A stretch of DNA of 64,000 nt from an uncultured Candidatus Saccharibacteria bacterium (GTDB taxonomy: Bacteria; Patescibacteriota; Minisyncoccia; Sungbacterales; HO2-52-23): the NCBI GenBank assembly GCA_964585475.1, contig CAZPDF010000001.1, positions 81,337 through 145,336 on the forward strand, given 5' to 3'. Under the pieces are notes generated by a model. The model made no database searches. It saw only the letters and a list, made by a program, of their open reading frames with translations, and was not told where the DNA came from. Shown here piece by piece: positions 18,784 to 28,914 of the stretch. Each line of letters opens with the position of its first letter. Position 1 is the stretch's first letter. Made by a program: the position numbers and the translations under genes.

Positions 18784-19857
18784 ATGCACCCCATCATACA
18801 AGAAGATTTAGAGAATATAGTCGTGGCCATTAAAAGCGAGGCCGGGGCTTTGGAGGGAAAAACCCTGCTTATTAGCGGCGGAGCTGGCTTTTTGGGTTCT
18901 TATTTTTTGGGCACTTTGGATTTGCTCAACCGGAGCGTTTTCAAAAAACCCTGCACGGTCGTTTCCCTGGATAATTACATAACCGCTTCAAGAAAAGGTT
19001 TTATTCAGGAAATTCAGGGTCCGAACGTGCGTCTTATTGAAGGCGACGTGACGGCGCCGATTAATATAGACGGCCCGGTGGATTATATTATCCATGCAGC
19101 CGGATTAGCTTCCCCCTTTTATTATAAAAAATATCCGCTGGAGACCATAGAAGCTGCGATTGCTGGAGCCAAGAATCTTCTTCGACTCGCGCTCGAGAAA
19201 CATGCGAAAAGTTTTCTTTTATTCAGCTCCAGTGAAATTTATGGAGACCCTGACCCCAATTTCATCCCGACTCCGGAAAGTTATAAAGGCAGTGTTTCCT
19301 GTATTGGTCCGCGGGCCTGTTACGATGAATCAAAACGTCTGGCCGAAACCATAGGCACGACTTATTTTGAAATCCACGGCGTACCTATTAAAATCGTGAG
19401 GCCCTTTAACGTTTACGGCCCAGGCATGAAGTCCGACGACTATAGGGTTATCCCCGCTTTCATCACGAAGGCCATCCGAGGTGAGTCCTTAAACGTCCAC
19501 GGGAGCGGAAATCAGACCAGGACTTTTTGCTATGTCAGTGATGCGATTACCGGGTTTTTAAAAGTTCTTTTATCTGAAAAGAACGGAGAGGCGTACAACG
19601 TTGGAACGGCGGGCCCCGAGGTAAATATGGTGACGCTGGCCAATATGATTACGGGATTTTTCGAGAATAAAATGAGAATTGAGCTTATAAGCTACCCCGA
19701 ATCTTATCCTGCCGACGAACCAAATCGCCGCTGCCCGGACCTTACCAAGATTCGATCCAGGTTGGGGTATGAACCGAAGATTGATTTGAAAACCGGACTT
19801 GAGCGAACCATCCGGTGGTTTCGCGATACGCTTCCTCCGTCAACCAATTTAGTTTAG
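18784..19857 (+). CDS. NAD-dependent epimerase/dehydratase, UDP-glucuronate decarboxylase-like
   Basis: GGAGFLG, SSSEIYGDP, GPRACYDESKR, QTRTFCYVSD, P.RRCPD. Confidence 0.9.
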   Translation: MHPIIQEDLENIVVAIKSEAGALEGKTLLISGGAGFLGSYFLGTLDLLNRSVFKKPCTVVSLDNYITASRKGFIQEIQGPNVRLIEGDVTAPINIDGPVDYIIHAAGLASPFYYKKYPLETIEAAIAGAKNLLRLALEKHAKSFLLFSSSEIYGDPDPNFIPTPESYKGSVSCIGPRACYDESKRLAETIGTTYFEIHGVPIKIVRPFNVYGPGMKSDDYRVIPAFITKAIRGESLNVHGSGNQTRTFCYVSDAITGFLKVLLSEKNGEAYNVGTAGPEVNMVTLANMITGFFENKMRIELISYPESYPADEPNRRCPDLTKIRSRLGYEPKIDLKTGLERTIRWFRDTLPPSTNLV

Positions 19858-19860
19858 CTT

Positions 19861-20856
19861 ATGCAAGCACCTTTGCGTTTTGGAATAGTCGGACTCGGTT
19901 ATTTTGGAAAAAATTACGCGCGGCTCTTGCGTAAAATGCCGGGTGTGACTTTAAAGGCGGTTTCGAGCCGGTCGCAAGCGGCGTTCCGAAAATACGCCGT
20001 TTTTCTTTCTCCTTTAGTTCGAAAGCATACATCCGCCGGTGAAATTTTTCGCGCCAAAGACATTGACTGCGTAATTATTGCTACTCCGCCCTCGACCCAT
20101 TTTGCCATGGCGCGTGAAGCCCTGAAGCACAAAAAGCACGTCCTGGTGGAGAAGCCGTTTGTCCTGCGAGTAAAAGATGCTTTGGCTCTTGGTCGTCTCG
20201 CCAAGGCCGAGAAGCGCACTATAATGATTGGTCATCAGTATTTGTATAATGACCACGTTCGCTACCTAAAGCACGAACTCGCTAAGGGTAAGTTAGGAAG
20301 AATTCGCTATGTCTTGGCCGAGCATTTTTATCCGGGACCTATTCGCTCCGATGTCGGATGTTTTTGGGAGACGGCCACGCATGAACTTGCTATCCTGGAT
20401 TATCTTTTTGGTCCGTTGAAAGTTAGTCGTGTGGCCGGCGGATCTGTCAGCTTGAGTACGAAAAGTAGAGACGATTTTTCCTCTGCGTTTGTCCGATTTA
20501 GGAAGGGGCCCGCGTTGGCGCTCGCCGTATCTTGGTTTTCTCCTGAAAAAATCCGGCGGATGATATTTGCCGGTGAAAAAGGGTGGACCGTGTTTGACGA
20601 TCGGGCGGAAGTTAAGCTTAAATTTTATCTCCATCCTTACCCGCGCATTCCTCGCCAAGCCAAATCCTCTTCATATTTTTTTGATCCAAGAAAAATAAGG
20701 TTTTTTGTTCCGCGAATCCGGGCAGGAGAGCCGCTCCGGAATGAACTGGAGCATTTCGTATCGTGTGTACGCAAAAATAGGGTCCCGCTTACTGACGCTT
20801 CGCACGGAGTCCGTATCACACGAATGCTTGAGAATATTCAGTCAAAGTTGAAGTAA
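19861..20856 (+). CDS. Gfo/Idh/MocA oxidoreductase
   Basis: GLGYFG, HVLVEKP. Confidence 0.9.
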   Translation: MQAPLRFGIVGLGYFGKNYARLLRKMPGVTLKAVSSRSQAAFRKYAVFLSPLVRKHTSAGEIFRAKDIDCVIIATPPSTHFAMAREALKHKKHVLVEKPFVLRVKDALALGRLAKAEKRTIMIGHQYLYNDHVRYLKHELAKGKLGRIRYVLAEHFYPGPIRSDVGCFWETATHELAILDYLFGPLKVSRVAGGSVSLSTKSRDDFSSAFVRFRKGPALALAVSWFSPEKIRRMIFAGEKGWTVFDDRAEVKLKFYLHPYPRIPRQAKSSSYFFDPRKIRFFVPRIRAGEPLRNELEHFVSCVRKNRVPLTDASHGVRITRMLENIQSKLK

Positions 20857-20898
20857 TTTCGCAACCGTGCACCCTAAAAATACGTTAGATAAGGTAGA

Positions 20899-22083
20899 AT
20901 GGACATAAAAAACAGAAAAATCATATACGTCTCGCATTGGCGTTATCCTTCGGAGAAAGCAAGTCCCCGGATAGCTATGCAGACCTGTGAGGAACTTGGC
21001 AGGCGCGGATTTAGGGTTGAACTCTGGGCTCCGTGGCGTCAAAACCCGCAGTTCCCGAGGGCCGACCCCTTTATTCATCATCGCGTCAAGAAGAATTTTA
21101 CTCTCCGGCGCTTGCCCGCAATTGACCTTATGACGATTTTCACCGGGAAGTTTGGATTTTTTCTGATGCTTACAAGTTTTAATATTTCCGTTGCTGTTTA
21201 TGCTATTCTACGGGGCATTACCCGGAAGGCGATTTTTTACTCTCTGGATATACGGGACATAGTGCTTCTTAATATTTTGGGCCCTATAGTATTCACCGAA
21301 ACCCATGATTTCTACAAAACCCCGTTTCATTGGCTGAATCGCTGGAGTTTTAGGCGCGCGAAGGGGGTTATTCCAACCAATCGCATCAAAATGCAATCTT
21401 TGGAAAAAGAGTTTGGCATCCCGCCCGACAAAATGATACACAAGCCCTGTCCGGTTAATGCATCCGCTTTTCGTATTTCCGCGACGAGGGAGGAGGCACG
21501 GCATACCCTTCGTCTCCCTGAAGACCAGACCATCATTCTTTACTGCGGACAGGTTATACTATGGAAAGGCGTTGATACCTTGCTTGACGCGCATGCGCTT
21601 CTTAGACCAAAAGAGATGATTTATTTTATCGTCGGCGGGGATAATAAGTCTATTGAGGAGTTTAAGGAAAAAAGCCGGACCGTCGATGCAAAAAATGTGA
21701 TAGTAGTCGAAGGACAGGCCCATAAAGATATTCCCTTTTGGCTACGGGCGGCGGATGTTCTTGTCCTTCCGAATACCGCGCGAGACCATACCTCAAAATA
21801 TGACACGTCGCCGTTGAAGCTTTTGGAATATATGGCTTCCGGCAGGCCAATTGTTTCCTCCGATCTTCCTTCCATCCGCAATATTGTGGATGAGAGCATG
21901 GTCTGGTTTTTTGAACCGGATAATCCTGAATCTTTGGTAGAAGCGGTGCATACTGCGCTAAGAGATCCTCGCGCTTCAGAAGAAAAAAGCGCCCGTGCCA
22001 ATTCAGAAGTGGAGAAATACACGTGGGAGAGGAGATTTGACGATATTACCCGGTTTATGGAGGTAAGAATAGGCGGCGTATAG
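20899..22083 (+). CDS. GT4 glycosyltransferase
   Basis: TSPLKLLEYMASGRPIVSSDLP. Confidence 0.9.
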   Translation: MDIKNRKIIYVSHWRYPSEKASPRIAMQTCEELGRRGFRVELWAPWRQNPQFPRADPFIHHRVKKNFTLRRLPAIDLMTIFTGKFGFFLMLTSFNISVAVYAILRGITRKAIFYSLDIRDIVLLNILGPIVFTETHDFYKTPFHWLNRWSFRRAKGVIPTNRIKMQSLEKEFGIPPDKMIHKPCPVNASAFRISATREEARHTLRLPEDQTIILYCGQVILWKGVDTLLDAHALLRPKEMIYFIVGGDNKSIEEFKEKSRTVDAKNVIVVEGQAHKDIPFWLRAADVLVLPNTARDHTSKYDTSPLKLLEYMASGRPIVSSDLPSIRNIVDESMVWFFEPDNPESLVEAVHTALRDPRASEEKSARANSEVEKYTWERRFDDITRFMEVRIGGV

Positions 22084-22098
22084 CAGCCCACGAGCAAC

Positions 22099-24648
22099 AT
22101 GCAGACATTTAGTTATTTACTTTTATCTTGGGTTAAACGATGTTGGCCCCTTCTTTTATTGGGCTTGGTGGTTTTTGCGTCTTTCGCGCCCCTCTTTTTT
22201 GGATACATGTTTTCCGATGATGAACAGATTGGGTTTTACTACCCGCAAAGTTTTTTCTATCAAAAATCTCTGCAGGAGGGCGCATCTACCCTCTGGAATA
22301 ATGCCTACTACGGCGGCGTATCCGTCAGTTTGGACCAATTCGTCAGCTCCTATTACCCCCTGCACCAGATTCTTTTCAGGATTTTTAACTTTTTTACCGC
22401 GCACCATTTAAGTATCTTGATTGCGGTGGTTCTCGGCTGTTTTTTTGCCTATTGGTTCGGGAGAGCGAATGGATTCGCGCGATCCTCTTCTTTCGTTCTT
22501 GCGGTATCGTACTTTACGGCGACAACTTTTGACTGGCTCTCCATCGGAACCCTGGCCGCGCACGCATTTATAGTCCTGCCCGCCATGCTTCTCTCGCTAC
22601 TTCGGGTGCATCAGGGGAAAAATTCTTTCGCGTTTGCGATTCTTGGGGGCGCCGCGCTTGGCGTCGGGTTTCTGGCCGGTTTCATGCAGATTATTTTCTA
22701 TATTTGCGCGGCTGTTTTTTTCTACGCCCTGTTTTTGGATTGGCAGAGAAGAAAAGAGCCAACCCTCCAAGGAGTTTCCCGTCTGGGTAAATTTTGCGGG
22801 CGTTTCCGCGTCACCCTTGTCTTAGCCGCCATGGTTCTGGTAGCCCTCCTCATCGGCGGGCGCCAAATTCTGCCTTCGATATTTTTTATTGATCTCACTA
22901 TTCGTTCCTCAACTTATGCTTTGCAGCGCCACGATTTGCCGAGTATCTCGCAAATTTTCACGGTTATCTTCCCGCCTCATGTGCGGATACCTTTTTTGGA
23001 TACTGGCTTGACCGGGGTCTACATCGGGACTTTGCCGCTTCTTGCGACAATATTAGGGATTATTTTTTCGAGGACCATATTTTCGAGGTTTTTCTTGTGT
23101 CTCTACCTGATTTTCTTGGGTCTTGCTTTTCACGCTCCGGTTATTTCTTTATTCAATGACTATATACCGCCTTATTCTCATATGGGGCATCAGGCACGCT
23201 GGCTTCTGCCGGGAGCTCTCTTTTTGGGGTTTCTTGCCGCTCAAGGATTTGAAGGGCTGATTTCCGGGAAAATTGTCTTTAAGCAGGCGCGGTCCATTTT
23301 AAAAGTTTTTGGGTGGGCCGTGCTCTTTATTTTTGCGTTCGTCGTAGCTGCCAATATTTTTTTTCAGATGTTGGATGCGCGGCCCGATACCCAACAGAAA
23401 ATTATTGAATGGCATTTTGGGGAAAGAACTAAAATATATTCTAACGAGCATTATTTAAATGTACTGGGTCTTGCTATAAAAAACGGGGCAGCGGCCATAT
23501 CTTTGCTGAATTGGAGATTTACACTTCCGCTTTTCTTGATTCCTCTTTCTTATTTTCTTATCCGGTACTTTTTGGAAAATAAAATCTCTTTGAAAATATT
23601 CCAGTTTCTTTCGATCGCCATGATTTCCTTAAGCGCATTTATCTCATATGCGGGGAATTTTTATAAATTTGTTCCTCAGGGCGTGGTGGTAAGGGAGCCG
23701 CAGGTCGTCCAGGAAATCAAAAAGCGGGAGCAAAACCCATCTGAGTTTCGGATTATAGGATTTTTGATTGCGGACTCGCTTTTTTGGAAGTTATCAAGTA
23801 AAACTTCGTTAAGCCCGGCGGAATTGGCCCCGATCCTAAAGGAGGTTCTGGCCGGCAACAGCAACGTCTTCTACGGCCTTGAGAGAATTGACGGTTTTGA
23901 GCCTTATCGTACACTCCGTCACAACGGCCTTTTGGATACGGTGCTTCTTCCCGGGCGTCCCCAGATTTTGGATACCAACTCTGTCGCTTTTCGCGAGGGC
24001 ACTTTTGGCAAGTTTCTTAATAAGGATGTCTGGAAAAATGCGACGCTGGAGGAGAAAATCGGCGATTTCACGTCGCGTATCCCTTTGCTCTCCATGCTCA
24101 ATGTAAAGTATATTTACTCTTTGGTTCCTTTGGCGGATCCGCGTCTCGAAGAGATCGGATTGTCGTCCAATGCCTATGTTCCGGTTCCGCTGTATTTATA
24201 CCGAAATAAAGAAGTTATGCAGCGAATTTATTTTTCTCGAGACGTCCGATTTTTTTCCGGGAGGGATTCTGATCTCCTGCGGGAGATTGAAAAAACCAAA
24301 GATTTCAGAGCTAAGACCTGGATCGAGTGTCCCGACTGCATTTTGGCTGGTGCCGCAACCCCAGGCGATTCTGTGGTGATAGAGCATTACGAAAGCGGGC
24401 GGGTTTTGGTGCGCGCGAGGACCGAAAAAGGTCAGTGGCTTGTTTTTAGCGAATCTGCCATGCCCGGTTGGATTGCAGAAATTGACGGGGCCGATACTCC
24501 CATCTATAATGCTAATTATATTTGGCAATCGGTGTATGTCCCGCCGGGGGAGCACAGAATAGAATTTAAATATTATGACATTACTATCCTCAAATGGAAG
24601 GAACTGCAGGAGAAAATAAAAGAAAAAATTTCAACCCCTTTAAATTAA
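22099..24648 (+). CDS. YfhO-family multi-TM membrane protein (GT-C-like)
   Basis: YYP..LWN.Y..GG N-terminus; C-terminal LVFSE..PGW.A.IDG..I..AN..V.VP.GEH.IEF.Y. Confidence 0.8.
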   Translation: MQTFSYLLLSWVKRCWPLLLLGLVVFASFAPLFFGYMFSDDEQIGFYYPQSFFYQKSLQEGASTLWNNAYYGGVSVSLDQFVSSYYPLHQILFRIFNFFTAHHLSILIAVVLGCFFAYWFGRANGFARSSSFVLAVSYFTATTFDWLSIGTLAAHAFIVLPAMLLSLLRVHQGKNSFAFAILGGAALGVGFLAGFMQIIFYICAAVFFYALFLDWQRRKEPTLQGVSRLGKFCGRFRVTLVLAAMVLVALLIGGRQILPSIFFIDLTIRSSTYALQRHDLPSISQIFTVIFPPHVRIPFLDTGLTGVYIGTLPLLATILGIIFSRTIFSRFFLCLYLIFLGLAFHAPVISLFNDYIPPYSHMGHQARWLLPGALFLGFLAAQGFEGLISGKIVFKQARSILKVFGWAVLFIFAFVVAANIFFQMLDARPDTQQKIIEWHFGERTKIYSNEHYLNVLGLAIKNGAAAISLLNWRFTLPLFLIPLSYFLIRYFLENKISLKIFQFLSIAMISLSAFISYAGNFYKFVPQGVVVREPQVVQEIKKREQNPSEFRIIGFLIADSLFWKLSSKTSLSPAELAPILKEVLAGNSNVFYGLERIDGFEPYRTLRHNGLLDTVLLPGRPQILDTNSVAFREGTFGKFLNKDVWKNATLEEKIGDFTSRIPLLSMLNVKYIYSLVPLADPRLEEIGLSSNAYVPVPLYLYRNKEVMQRIYFSRDVRFFSGRDSDLLREIEKTKDFRAKTWIECPDCILAGAATPGDSVVIEHYESGRVLVRARTEKGQWLVFSESAMPGWIAEIDGADTPIYNANYIWQSVYVPPGEHRIEFKYYDITILKWKELQEKIKEKISTPLN

Positions 24649-25499
24649 AGGAGACGCTGGCTTGTCCTATTTGTCGGGGCGCGCTTAATCAAAAGGGCGA
24701 GGAGATGATTTGTGTGGACGCACAGCACGGCCCATTTTTGATTGACGGGGCGCATAGACTCCACTTGATGGCTGGTGGCGACGAGGATAAGTATTCAAAA
24801 GCGCATCAGGGGGGGATTAATTGGCTGAAGTCGTTTCTCAAGCAATATCCCAAGCTATATTATTTTACCTGGAACTTATTTTGTCCGGTGCTTTTGAGTG
24901 GAAAGGGGCCGCGTGCAGTACTGGCACTCCTTACCGGTCATGCGCCCATAATATTGAATCTCGGCTCGGGCCCCAGGCGCTTGGGAGAGGAATTTATTAA
25001 TATTGATGTATTTCCTTTTCCGGAGGTGGATATAGTTGCCGATGCCGCGCATCTTCCGTTTGTAGATAATTCGGTTGACGCGGTTGTCAGCGAATCCCTG
25101 CTGGAGCATGTCCCGGATCCTCACGCTGTGGTGCGCGAGATGACAAGGGTTCTGAAGCCGGGCGGTATTCTTTATACGAATACTCCGTTTCTTACGCCCT
25201 ATCACGCATCCCCCGATGATTTCAGCCGTTGGACGCAAAGCGGACTGCGTTCTCTTTTCTCCGAATTCGCCGTAATTGAGGAAGGGGTAAGCGCCGGCCC
25301 TTGGAGCGCGTTACTCGTATTTCTTGCTTATTGGCTGGGAGTTCTTTTCTCTTTTGGCTCGCGCCGGCTTGCCCCTGTTTTGGGAGTACTTTTTATGATT
25401 CCGCTCGGCCCGTTAAAATTTCTTGATTTTCTTTTTGCCCGTATTCCCGGAAGCGAAGCGGTGGCGGCGCAACTTTATTTTATCGGTAAAAAAAAATAA
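24594..25499 (+). CDS. Methyltransferase with a Trm112-like N-terminus
   Basis: LACPICRGAL; LNLGSG; LEHV.DP; PYHASPDDF.RWT. Confidence 0.85.
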   Translation: MEGTAGENKRKNFNPFKLKETLACPICRGALNQKGEEMICVDAQHGPFLIDGAHRLHLMAGGDEDKYSKAHQGGINWLKSFLKQYPKLYYFTWNLFCPVLLSGKGPRAVLALLTGHAPIILNLGSGPRRLGEEFINIDVFPFPEVDIVADAAHLPFVDNSVDAVVSESLLEHVPDPHAVVREMTRVLKPGGILYTNTPFLTPYHASPDDFSRWTQSGLRSLFSEFAVIEEGVSAGPWSALLVFLAYWLGVLFSFGSRRLAPVLGVLFMIPLGPLKFLDFLFARIPGSEAVAAQLYFIGKKK

Positions 25500-25502
25500 T
25501 TT

Positions 25503-25570
25503 ATGCTTTTGTCAGTCGTCATCCCGGCATATAACGAGTGGAAAACCATTCGTGCGATTGGAGCTAGTGA
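25503..25570 (+). pseudogene. Remnant 5' end of a GT2 gene (MLLSVVIPAYNEWKTIRAI)
   Basis: 13/19 aa identical to the start of the GT2 at 26299; cut off at the family A element. Confidence 0.75.
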
Positions 25571-25764
25571 CCCCGTTAGAAATCCAGCCATGGCTATATT
25601 ATTAAGAAGGTAGAAAGGCGAAGCCCCGTTTGAAAGCTCGCATTGCAAGCATCTCGAAGTAAAAAATTGCCTGCGGTTTGACAAACAACTTTCTGACGAG
25701 GCGAAGCCGACTTACGTCTATCCGCTTCTTTAAACGAAGTACCTTTTTAAGATTTCTAACTGGG
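25571..25764. mobile_element. 194-bp family A element
   Basis: CCCCGTTAGAAATC / GATTTCTAACTGGG; flanks GTGA/TTGA. Confidence 0.8.
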
Positions 25765-25798
25765 TTGACGTATGGCCAAGGTAGAGTATGCTGATAAC

Positions 25799-26038
25799 AT
25801 GAATACTTCTGCAATTATTGCAGTTCGTCTTCCAAGGGAAGAAAAGAAGCGGTTGGGCCGTTTGGCTTTGCGCTACGGTCTTTCTCTCCCGGAATTTTCC
25901 CGCCGCGTGCTGACTGAACTTGCGGCAGAGATTCCCGAAGAATCCCTCAAGGATTATGAGAATCCAAGGAAACTTAGCGCCTCGTATCAACGCGCGCTCC
26001 GTGATTGGAAAACTGGCCGTGTGCGCACCCGAATATGA
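25799..26038 (+). CDS. Putative RHH-type antitoxin
   Basis: IAVRLP.EEK..L..LA; ATGA-coupled to a RelE-like gene. Confidence 0.65.
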   Translation: MNTSAIIAVRLPREEKKRLGRLALRYGLSLPEFSRRVLTELAAEIPEESLKDYENPRKLSASYQRALRDWKTGRVRTRI

Positions 26039-26292
26039 ATATTGTCTACGCAGAGGAGTTTGTGAAGCGATTGGACAAACTTTCTTCAGAAATTCAGCGG
26101 CTTTACCGCAGACAGGAAGCCCGATTTCGAAATAATTGGCGCGATCCGCGTCTGCATATTAAGAAGTTGAAAGATCATCCGTTTCCCTTCTCATTCCGCA
26201 TCACCCGTAGATACCGGGTGCTTTTTACGTTTGTAGCAGTCGATACTGTTCTTTTTGCAACCATCGGCCATAGACGCGGTAGTTACCGCTAA
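26035..26292 (+). CDS. RelE/ParE-family toxin
   Basis: F.K.L.KL, LHIKKL, SFRITRRYRVLF, IGHR. Confidence 0.8.
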   Translation: MNIVYAEEFVKRLDKLSSEIQRLYRRQEARFRNNWRDPRLHIKKLKDHPFPFSFRITRRYRVLFTFVAVDTVLFATIGHRRGSYR

Positions 26293-26298
26293 CCTCAC

Positions 26299-27027
26299 AT
26301 GTTTATCTCCGTCATAATCCCAACCTACAATGAGGAAAAAACTATTCGCGAGATCGTTGCGCGGGTTAAAAAGGTTTCCATTCCAAAAGAGATTGTTATT
26401 GTGAATGACGGCTCGACAGATGCCACCCCGAAGATTTTGGAAGAATTGAAGGCGACCGCAAAAACGGATCAGAATTTTCTAGGGATTGTCGTTATAAATA
26501 AAAAAAACAACGGCAAGGGTTCGGCACTCAAGAAGGGGATTGAAGCTGCTCGCGGCGACATTATTATTTTTCAGGACGCCGATCTTGAATATGACCCCGA
26601 AGATTACCACAATCTTATCCGTCCGATTCTTGAGGGGCATGCGCGCGTGACAATGGGTTCTCGAATGTTGATCAAGCAAAACATATGGACGGCTGGCAGG
26701 CACTACCTTGTTTATCTTCGAAATCATATAGGGGTTCGCACCATGACGTTTCTGACCAATTTTTTATATCGGCAAAACGCTACCGATTATTGGGGATGCT
26801 ACAAGGCGTTTCGCGCAGATATTTTAAAAAGCATTCCGATCGAAGCCGACGGTTTTGCGTTTGATAATGAACTTGTCTGTAAGATTCTTCGTAGAGGTCA
26901 TACCATCCATGAGGTCTCTATTCGGTATCGACCCCGAAGCTATGAAGAGGGGAAAAAAGTAAAGATGCGGGATGGCCTGAAGAGCTTGTGGACAATTTTA
27001 AAATGGCGCTTTGTGCCATTTAAGTGA
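26299..27027 (+). CDS. GT2 glycosyltransferase (DPM synthase-like)
   Basis: [34 protein letters not shown]. Confidence 0.92.
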   Translation: MFISVIIPTYNEEKTIREIVARVKKVSIPKEIVIVNDGSTDATPKILEELKATAKTDQNFLGIVVINKKNNGKGSALKKGIEAARGDIIIFQDADLEYDPEDYHNLIRPILEGHARVTMGSRMLIKQNIWTAGRHYLVYLRNHIGVRTMTFLTNFLYRQNATDYWGCYKAFRADILKSIPIEADGFAFDNELVCKILRRGHTIHEVSIRYRPRSYEEGKKVKMRDGLKSLWTILKWRFVPFK

Positions 27028-27051
27028 AAACTTTATTTCTCTGGCAGAAAA

Positions 27052-27071
27052 CCCCGCCCCTTGGGGCGGGG
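27052..27071. terminator. GC hairpin between convergent genes
   Basis: CCCCGCCCC-tt-GGGGCGGGG preceded by an A-tract. Confidence 0.55.
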
Positions 27072-27125
27072 AAGCGGTTATTTTTGTTAACCGGCGCTCG
27101 CACGTTTTCGCAAAAGTTGGGTAAA

Positions 27126-27219
27126 CCCCGCCCTTTGACCGTGGGGCATTACACCTCGCGGCAAAGTAGCGCCGAAGAAATCTTGCGCCAAGAGCGTAGG
27201 GTATTCCCAAAGAGCGGGG
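27126..27219. mobile_element. 94-bp CCCCGC...GCGGGG element with TAAA duplication, replacing the C-terminus of the minus-strand gene
   Basis: TAAA at 27122-25 and 27220-23. Confidence 0.85.
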
Positions 27220-28774
27220 TAAAACCGTAACTGGCGAGGATAAATATGAAGGCGTTTACGGGGTAGCGGAAGCGGCCCTGGTCGCTGAAGCCGGCCACCG
27301 TACTCGTCAGAGCATAAGTGAAGATTATGGCGCTCATGATAAGCGCTATTTTTCTTTCCTGCCCGCCGCGTTTTATGGCGTAAGCCGCGCCCAAGACCCA
27401 TAAGACATTAAAAACGATCCATAGAGCCCGTCCGGCAACTGGAATGGGGGCGAACCATCCGATTCGTTCCCAGACAAGTTTTGCGAGTTTCATCGGCCCT
27501 TCCTGAAATAGGGTCACCGATGGGGAAAAATCAATCTGGAAACGGGGTACTGCGTGAAAATGTTGTAGATAAGTGAGATAGAGGTCTTGGGCAAAGAAAG
27601 TGGACATGCTGATTAAGACGACCTGTGCAGTCTCTTTTGGATAAGTAATGATGGTTTGCAGGCCCTCTTTTGCAAGCGCGGTGCCTATGCTCGGATTTTC
27701 TCCTATATCGCGGATTTCCAGGCCATGTCTTGCGGAAAAATCGCGGTTAAGCTCATTTTTTACTTCTCCGATGGGTCTTCCGGTGTTGAGAGAAAGAATT
27801 GAAGATCCGATGGAGGAGTAGACATTGCGGAGGCCGGTGGTGGCGATATTGAGGGTATTGAATTGATAGTAATTGCGGATGAGCCAGGGAGAAAGCACGA
27901 CGAAGAAAGCAAGGGTAAAAGCCAGCAATATGCGACTTCCTCGGTATTTTGCTTCTCCGGCACGCTCATCCGCTCCAGCGGCGGATTCGCTAAGGGTCGG
28001 TCGAGCCGCCCCGCCTTCGGCGGGTACCGAGCCGGCTCTACCTCCCATTACCGGCGAAGCAAAATACCTCGGCAGTATTTTAGATCGCCGCCACCTTAGG
28101 AGAAGGATGGAGAGAAGAAAGAAGAAGCCGAGTATAAAAAGAAATTGCGCGTGAGGGCGCGTTAGGGTGGAGAGCGCGAGGAAGATTCCGGCGAGAGCCG
28201 CATAGCGCATTCCCCAATCATCAACCCCGTTAGAAGTCTGTTCCGCCGAAGGCGGAACAGCAGATGCCTGTGGCATCTGACTTCTAACGGGGTCAAGGGT
28301 TTTTAAAAAAAAGTATGTCGCAAGAAGTAGAAAAAAAACCGCAACCGTTTCGGTAAGAACAAGAATGCTCCATACAGCACCCATCGGCTCAAACGCCATG
28401 AGTCCTGCGGCCAAAAGCGGTACCCCCCCCGACTTAGCAAGAAATTTAGCGATCGCGTATACCAGAATCGGCATAAGCGAAGAAAGAATTATTTGTAGTA
28501 TAAGTAGGGGCAGCATTGATCCGGAAAGTTTGAGGGAGCCCGCCATGAGCAAGGGAAAGATCGGAGGAAAATGGGCGCTTGGCTGGAAAGGTAGCGCTTC
28601 GCTTCCACTGAATCCGTTTCCGGCGACGATGTTCTTTGCCGTTAGAAGAAATCCGTAGGAATCGGATGTAAAAGTTTTTTCTTCGCCAAGCGTGTGGATA
28701 ATAGTAAAAAGCAGTGCAGCCCTTAAGACAAAAGTTGCGACAACGATAATGAGAAGTGTTCGCGGCAAATTCAT
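27149..28774 (-). CDS. GT-C (ArnT-like) membrane glycosyltransferase with three repeat insertions
   Basis: DS.G...AKN..GNGF, LTE, LTRP, PWLIRNY, RFRYP; similar to 51827..53344. Confidence 0.8.
   Translation of the reverse strand: MNLPRTLLIIVVATFVLRAALLFTIIHTLGEEKTFTSDSYGFLLTAKNIVAGNGFSGSEALPFQPSAHFPPIFPLLMAGSLKLSGSMLPLLILQIILSSLMPILVYAIAKFLAKSGGVPLLAAGLMAFEPMGAVWSILVLTETVAVFFLLLATYFFLKTLDPVRSQMPQASAVPPSAEQTSNGVDDWGMRYAALAGIFLALSTLTRPHAQFLFILGFFFLLSILLLRWRRSKILPRYFASPVMGGRAGSVPAEGGAARPTLSESAAGADERAGEAKYRGSRILLAFTLAFFVVLSPWLIRNYYQFNTLNIATTGLRNVYSSIGSSILSLNTGRPIGEVKNELNRDFSARHGLEIRDIGENPSIGTALAKEGLQTIITYPKETAQVVLISMSTFFAQDLYLTYLQHFHAVPRFQIDFSPSVTLFQEGPMKLAKLVWERIGWFAPIPVAGRALWIVFNVLWVLGAAYAIKRGGQERKIALIMSAIIFTYALTSTVAGFSDQGRFRYPVNAFIFILASYGFTPLFGNTLRSWRKISSALLCREV
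27935..28076. mobile_element. Long palindromic element in-frame in the GT-C (PRYFASP...GEAKYRG)
   Basis: GGTATTTTGCTTCTCCGG / CCGGCGAAGCAAAATACC; interior TCGCTAAGGGTCGG and CTCCCATT shared with 47643-47780. Confidence 0.8.
28225..28292. mobile_element. Family A element, TCAA duplication (TTGA on the coding strand), in-frame +24 aa
   Basis: Perfect 14-bp IR CCCCGTTAGAAGTC; 68+4=72 nt; DPVRSQ...TSNGV. Confidence 0.95.
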
Positions 28775-28815
28775 GATTTAACAGTAGTAAAATTTCTGTT
28801 ATTATTCAAAGGTAT

Positions 28816-28899
28816 GTCCTCGACAGGCTCGGACAATGGCATTTATTCCCTGAGCTTGTCGAAGGGTATACCTTATTGTGCGCCTTCGACAAGCTTAGG
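28816..28899. repeat. REP-like CTGAGCTTGTCGAAG / CTTCGACAAGCT cluster between divergent genes
   Basis: Three related half-sites in alternating orientation. Confidence 0.7.
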
Positions 28900-28914
28900 C
28901 AATGATGTATACGT

